Below are positions 8,407 through 12,140 of a stretch of DNA of 12,140 nucleotides, piece by piece. The notes under the pieces are model-generated. The model ran no database searches. It was not told where the DNA came from and saw nothing but the letters and a program-made list of their open reading frames with translations. Positions within the stretch are counted from its first letter, which is position 1, and each line of letters opens with the position of its first letter. This DNA comes from a virus. The DNA lies in UHGV virus genome UHGV-0102870, one strand, 5' to 3'. Made by a program: the position numbers and the translations under genes.

Positions 8407-8710
8407 TCTTCATCCCCGTCAGTCGTTCCCAGAAGTACGTCAGTGCCACGGAGCCCATCGCCCCGCTGATACCAGACGTAACCAGAATCATGTAAAGGCT
8501 CAGCCCACTTTCAACGCTGATCAGTCCACCAATGAGACCGGTAAAGCCGGACACTGCAATTTGTGCCAGCGCGTTGATCCAGCTCCAGGTGGCTTTGTTC
8601 TGCTTAACGTCAATAAGGTATCGGACCAAGCCGCCCCAGCATGACAGAGCAAGGACAATCAGCCATGACACTCCGGCAATGCTTTCTTTATCTTGCATAC
8701 GTTTAGCCAT
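8393..8710 (-). CDS. Holin (three predicted TM segments, class I-like), about 105 aa
   Basis: ATG at 8710-8708 with a strong SD (GGAGGT) just upstream; three hydrophobic segments and a short charged C-terminus; directly upstream of the endolysin. The annotated ORF extension to 8824 uses GTG inside the terminator hairpin and is rejected. Confidence 0.75.
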   Translation of the reverse strand: MAKRMQDKESIAGVSWLIVLALSCWGGLVRYLIDVKQNKATWSWINALAQIAVSGFTGLIGGLISVESGLSLYMILVTSGISGAMGSVALTYFWERLTGMKNANQ

Positions 8711-8768
8711 ATCACCTCCGAAAGAACGGGGTGCTGTTTGTAGTAAGGGATCAGGCCCTCGGGACGAT

Positions 8769-9161
8769 TTAACAAGAAGGCATGTCGATGATGATTCCCG
8801 TGAGCCTGAAAACAAAAAAGCCACCCTTAGGTGGCTTGTGAGTGTACGAAGTCCGGATTCCTTTCTTCGCTTTTAATAGAGCGTTATCTTCTTTCAGGCT
8901 ATCTACTTGGTCTCGCAACCTTTCAAGTTCTTTCTCGGCTCTGTCACGGTCACGCTGAAGACCTTTTATCACTTCGCCTTGGGACGCCTGTACTTCTTTG
9001 AGAATCTGGACGTTAGCTTCGGACTCATCGACAGTGTCGATAATCCTAACAGCAAAAAACGATACGATAGCCATAAGCAGACCAACCATCGTAGTAAGAA
9101 TCCAGACCTTCACACCGGAAGCAGAATTTTCAGAGGCTTCTATAAGAAATTCCTTATGCAT
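8769..9161 (-). CDS. Hypothetical membrane-anchored coiled-coil protein, about 130 aa; possibly a gene remnant
   Basis: ATG at 9161-9159 (MHKEFLIEAS...), weak SD; one N-terminal TM segment (WILTTMVGLLMAIVSFFAV) then heptad-like charged region (RDRDRAEKELERLRDQVDSLKEDNALLKAKKG). The last ~25 codons are encoded by the terminator hairpin and U-tract (KPPKGGFFVF), so the 3' end is doubtful. Confidence 0.4.
   Translation of the reverse strand: MHKEFLIEASENSASGVKVWILTTMVGLLMAIVSFFAVRIIDTVDESEANVQILKEVQASQGEVIKGLQRDRDRAEKELERLRDQVDSLKEDNALLKAKKGIRTSYTHKPPKGGFFVFRLTGIIIDMPSC
8809..8837 (-). terminator. Strong rho-independent terminator (tR'-like) about 100 nt upstream of the holin
   Basis: Minus-strand RNA: perfect 8-bp stem AAGCCACC / GGUGGCUU with 4-nt loop, followed by UUUUUUGUUUU. 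Confidence 0.7.
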
Positions 9162-9697
9162 AGTAAAAATACCCAACGCGCGGCCGCGACGTTAGAACCG
9201 AGGGTATTTTAACTACATAAGGTTATGAAGATCTTCGAAAAAAATGAGATGGTAATCTGTTTGGTTATTTAATGAGCGAAAACAGCCAAAATCCCCATGC
9301 AGGGATGATAAAAAACGTCATTGTGTAAACGACTGCGGGCTGTAATTTATTCAAATTAAATTTCCTTAGTAGGGCTCTATGTGTCCTACAACATCCAACC
9401 TACCGAAAGACATTGATTGATACAAGAGGAAAAACACTACTTTTTATTCAAATTAGGATCGGTTTTGTATCCGATGGCGCGGCATTATACGGAGATAACC
9501 CAAGTTATCAACATGAATTGCCCTCATTTGCACGCAAAATGTGCTGTTTCTTCAAAAGAATGAACAGTTTTGATGGTGAACAGTTATCAACGCTTACGTT
9601 TAAAAAACAAACCATTAACACGCACAATGATTCACAGTTCAAAAAGTTCACATTTATGACCGCGAGATGGTACACAAGTTCAAAGAATTCACTTACT

Positions 9698-9731
9698 AAA
9701 ACAAAAAGCCCAAGGCGTTAACCTCAGGCTT
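9698..9731 (-). terminator. Candidate intrinsic terminator shortly downstream of the putative late promoter
   Basis: Minus-strand RNA: GCCUGAGG / CCUUGGGC stem (8 bp including two G-U pairs), 6-nt loop, followed by UUUUUGUUUU; about 50-80 nt downstream of the predicted start site. Confidence 0.45.
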
Positions 9732-9787
9732 GAAAACTCATTTACTGCCAGTGCATACAACAATGGCACAATATCAGATTTACACGA

Positions 9788-9816
9788 AATATATGCTATT
9801 TAGTTCATTTCTGCAA
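9788..9816 (-). promoter_or_regulatory. Candidate sigma70 late promoter (pR'-like) immediately downstream of the Q-like gene
   Basis: Minus strand: TTGCAG (-35), 17-nt spacer, TATATT (-10); predicted start near 9781. The -35 lies 9 nt past the Q stop codon, mirroring the lambda Q/pR' arrangement. Confidence 0.4.
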
Positions 9817-10489
9817 TACCTTGCTGATAATTTGCTGCCTTTTGTTGTGAACGTGATCGCGAAACATGATGTAGTGACTGTGAGTCCAGCCTCTTATACA
9901 AACTGACCATTGCATCGTAATGTTCCACGTAATTCTGAGACCAGTTTGTTTTATTAACGCCCACCAGCGCAGCCAGATCGCCATACTGATACACATCCCT
10001 CCCAGCTAACTCGTTTTTCACATCCTGCGCCGCCAGCCATATCAACTGACGCAACCGCTCGATAGTCTTTTTCGCCACCCTCTTCCCAGCCAGTTGCTGG
10101 CTGAACTGTTGCCAACCCCACTGAGTGATTTCAACCTGATAGCACCAGCGCACATTCTCGCTGTAGGTCCAGAGCAACCATGCTCTCTGATGGTCTTCCA
10201 GAGACAGGACAGCGCGGCGCCATGATGCGGTGCCGAACTCTACCGGACTCACCAGCGCGATTGACGAGCCCTTGGCGCGTGACTGACTGCCGCTCATCGG
10301 CGGGCCGTCTGGGTTAACCATGCGCTTTTTCTGCGCGTCATAGACTTTCTTCCGCCCCCGGCTGCGCGCCGTCGCGGTGAATTGAGCGTTCTCGGCGAAA
10401 GCGACCAGCTGCCCTTTCGTCGCCCCGCTGAGGTCTGCGGTCGCCACAATGAGCTGCTGACGTACGTATTCCAGTTGCTGACTGTTCAT
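9800..10489 (-). CDS. Putative late-gene antitermination protein (Q-like), 229 aa
   Basis: ATG at 10489-10487 with AGGAAG SD; position is diagnostic (after nin/RusA genes, immediately before promoter, terminator and lysis cassette). Not the lambda Q zinc-finger type; assignment is positional plus vague family recollection. Confidence 0.5.
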   Translation of the reverse strand: MNSQQLEYVRQQLIVATADLSGATKGQLVAFAENAQFTATARSRGRKKVYDAQKKRMVNPDGPPMSGSQSRAKGSSIALVSPVEFGTASWRRAVLSLEDHQRAWLLWTYSENVRWCYQVEITQWGWQQFSQQLAGKRVAKKTIERLRQLIWLAAQDVKNELAGRDVYQYGDLAALVGVNKTNWSQNYVEHYDAMVSLYKRLDSQSLHHVSRSRSQQKAANYQQGIAEMN

Positions 10490-10598
10490 GCGGCTTCCTT
10501 CTGTGGCTGGTTGGTTTTGGTCTGGCTGTGCTTTGCTATTGGCGGCAGGTTGGCGCGCTTAACGCTTTCGGCCTGATATCGGGTTATCTCGTCTCTGG

Positions 10599-10958
10599 TC
10601 ACGGTGCGCACTCCCCGATAATGATCTGCCCCTTCTCTCCCCAGACCTTTGTGATGCGGCAATCCCAGATGTGAGCATCATCCTCATAAAGCGCATCCAT
10701 CAGGGCTTTCAGCATGTTGTCGCAGTCTGGCTTGGCCTGGTGGGGCTTCCCGGCGAACTCCGCTCGTTTCTTCTTACTCCAGCTTGGTGGCATTGGTAGG
10801 ACGAATGTCACATGTGATCCGGATTCAGGCATGGTCAACTTGCGCAGGCGGACCTCATCGCAAAAAGCGCGGTAACGCATTACAGGTGGACGCTGCTTCC
10901 ACTTATCCGCGCGGGTCATGCGAGGCTTGCCGATTGGTGTGATGTCGTAGATTTTCAT
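10599..10958 (-). CDS. RusA-like Holliday junction resolvase, 119 aa
   Basis: Motif KPDCDNMLKALMDALYEDDAHIWD resembles the RusA catalytic signature (D-x-D-N ... DAL ... DDA) from memory; typical nin-region position; start overlaps the upstream stop (ATGA). Confidence 0.6.
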   Translation of the reverse strand: MKIYDITPIGKPRMTRADKWKQRPPVMRYRAFCDEVRLRKLTMPESGSHVTFVLPMPPSWSKKKRAEFAGKPHQAKPDCDNMLKALMDALYEDDAHIWDCRITKVWGEKGQIIIGECAP

Positions 10959-11239
10959 GCAGGCACCACCAAGCCACGACGGGCAATCTGAATAATGGTC
11001 AGGACGATGGCGCGATCCATTAACTGGCGGCGCTCGTCACGGCTAAGCCCCTTCCCGTTATCAATCTCTGAATGGCAGGTGACACAGATAGCGGCGGTGG
11101 CGCAGTCGTCTGTCTTCATGCCAATTCCCTTACCTTCATTGCGGTGTGCTACCTGTACGCCCCACGCTCCGCAAAGGACGCATTGCTCAATCTGGCCGAC
11201 TGCGGCGAGCCACTTCTTGCTGCGGTAGGTTTTACTCAT
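10955..11239 (-). CDS. YbcO-like (DUF1364-like) Cys/His-motif protein, putative nuclease, about 94 aa
   Basis: ATG at 11239-11237; Cys/His spacing C-x2-C ... H ... C-x2-C-H (CVLCG...VAHRN...CVTCH) suggestive of a zinc-binding HNH-like fold; located between phosphatase and RusA-like genes as in lambdoid nin regions. Confidence 0.5.
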   Translation of the reverse strand: MSKTYRSKKWLAAVGQIEQCVLCGAWGVQVAHRNEGKGIGMKTDDCATAAICVTCHSEIDNGKGLSRDERRQLMDRAIVLTIIQIARRGLVVPA

Positions 11240-11900
11240 GGTCACCACCTTGCACCTGAACCAGCGTGAGGTTTCCGCAAAACACCGCTCCTGTGTCGAT
11301 GTACATCTGGTTGGCATACTTCAGGGGCTGGCGCGCAGGGGTGTGGCCGAAGATAAACAGATCAGCACCGGCTATCGGCGAGACAATGCCGCCCTGAGCG
11401 TCGCTAACCCGCTCACGATTCCAGATGACCATGTCTTTCGGGACCGGCTTGTCGAACGCATATTCGTTATGCGGGTAGTCAGCGTGGCAAATTACGATTT
11501 TCCGATCGGAGGTAACCAGCTCGATGATGAGTGGTAACTCAGCTGCCTTGTGAACCAGAGCCTTAGCCAGCACCTCTTTGTCATAGTCGAGATTGAAGAA
11601 CCAACCGCCACCGTTTACCAGCCAGTGATTGACGTTTCCATACTCTGAAAGCCCATCAACCATCATCTGCTCATGGTTACCGCGCACTGCCCTGAACCAC
11701 GGCATAGTAATCAGATCCAGGCACTCGACGTTTTCCGCGCCGCGGTCAACAAGGTCACCAACCGAGATCAGCAAATCACGCGCAGGGTCGAACGAAACCT
11801 TTTCGAGCTCATTCATCAGCCGCGTGTAGCACCCATGCAGATCGCCGACGACGAAGATATTGCGCCAGTCAGCGCCATTAATTCGTTGATACATGCTCAT
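11232..11900 (-). CDS. Serine/threonine protein phosphatase (lambda NinI / PP-lambda-like metallophosphatase), about 222 aa
   Basis: Metallophosphatase motifs GDLHG, GDLVDRG, RGNHE and strong overall match to lambda phosphatase as I recall it ([65 protein letters not shown]); ATG at 11900 with GAGGAG SD. Confidence 0.9.
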   Translation of the reverse strand: MSMYQRINGADWRNIFVVGDLHGCYTRLMNELEKVSFDPARDLLISVGDLVDRGAENVECLDLITMPWFRAVRGNHEQMMVDGLSEYGNVNHWLVNGGGWFFNLDYDKEVLAKALVHKAAELPLIIELVTSDRKIVICHADYPHNEYAFDKPVPKDMVIWNRERVSDAQGGIVSPIAGADLFIFGHTPARQPLKYANQMYIDTGAVFCGNLTLVQVQGGDHE

Positions 11901-12067
11901 GCTGATTTTCTCCTCGCTGCGAGACGCAGCCATTTCTGATCCACCAGGCGGGCGGTGTAGTCTTTCAGGGTCGGGATATCGGACGGCTTAACCGCGGGCT
12001 TAGGCTTGCGGCGCGCCGGAACGCGAAAGATTTCGTTTGTGATGACGCGGGAAAGTGGAGTTGACAT
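11897..12067 (-). CDS. Small basic protein, NinE-like, 56 aa
   Basis: Hand-translated minus-strand ORF not in the supplied track (under 60 aa): [63 protein letters not shown] upstream; its stop overlaps the phosphatase start (ATGA). Family assignment from memory. Confidence 0.5.
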   Translation of the reverse strand: MSTPLSRVITNEIFRVPARRKPKPAVKPSDIPTLKDYTARLVDQKWLRLAARRKSA

Positions 12068-12140
12068 CAGGCCTCCTGCTTATCGCGCAGCTGGCGCTGG
12101 CGGTGACGCTGGAGTCGGTGACGCTGCCAGCCGATCTGGT
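12067..12140 (-). CDS. 3' end of an upstream nin-region ORF (C-terminus only)
   Basis: Open minus-strand frame from the window edge ending ...QIGWQRHRLQRHRQRQLRDKQEA with TGA overlapping the NinE-like ATG by one base (TGATG). Confidence 0.3.
   Translation of the reverse strand, partial: QIGWQRHRLQRHRQRQLRDKQEA

Noticed and set aside
8711-8824. N-terminal extension of the holin ORF to 8824
   Set aside because: The extension starts at GTG inside the terminator hairpin and lacks an SD, whereas the ATG at 8710 has a strong GGAGG; the extension is not translated sequence.
9176-9190. GC-rich palindrome CGCGGCCGCG (contains a NotI site) in otherwise AT-rich DNA
   Set aside because: Too short to be a stable terminator and not followed by a T-tract on either strand; no evidence of function.
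9413-9721. Plus-strand ORF of 102 aa in the AT-rich spacer
   Set aside because: Low-complexity translation from AT-rich DNA, no SD, opposite in orientation to the whole operon, and it overlaps the candidate terminator; likely a chance ORF, though it cannot be fully excluded.
9180-9800. Search for tRNA genes or a CRISPR array in the Q-to-holin spacer
   Set aside because: No cloverleaf-compatible sequence with a T-loop GTTC-type motif in the right context and no regularly spaced repeats of CRISPR length; only the short motif repeats reported as a finding.
9805-9996. Alternate-frame minus-strand ORF of 63 aa inside the Q-like gene
   Set aside because: Nested out-of-frame ORF without an SD or recognisable features; chance ORF.
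10490-10598. 109-bp gap between the RusA-like and Q-like genes as a possible promoter or small gene
   Set aside because: GC-rich, no clear -35/-10 pair on the minus strand, and the only ORF across it is a plus-strand shadow ORF (10382-10576); insufficient evidence.

Overview
This window reads as the late region of a lambdoid (lambda/P22-like) enterobacterial phage or prophage, with every credible gene on the minus strand and transcribed from high to low coordinates. In order: the end of a nin-like region (partial ORF, NinE-like, lambda-type Ser/Thr phosphatase, YbcO-like Cys/His protein, RusA-like resolvase), a putative Q-type late antiterminator, an AT-rich regulatory/moron insert with a pR'-like promoter and two intrinsic terminators, the lysis cassette (holin, P22 gp19-like endolysin, Rz with embedded Rz1), three moron-like genes (lipoprotein, small AT-rich ORF with its own promoter and terminator, HExxH metallopeptidase-like protein), then the packaging and head module (small and large terminase, portal, MuF-like protein, scaffold/protease-like protein, small head protein, start of a probable major capsid gene). 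No rRNA, tRNA, CRISPR array or transposase was found. Family names are from memory of protein motifs, not from any search. The most interesting parts are the accessory cargo: the AT-rich Q-to-holin insert carrying a membrane coiled-coil ORF that runs through a terminator hairpin, and the moron trio between Rz and the terminase.
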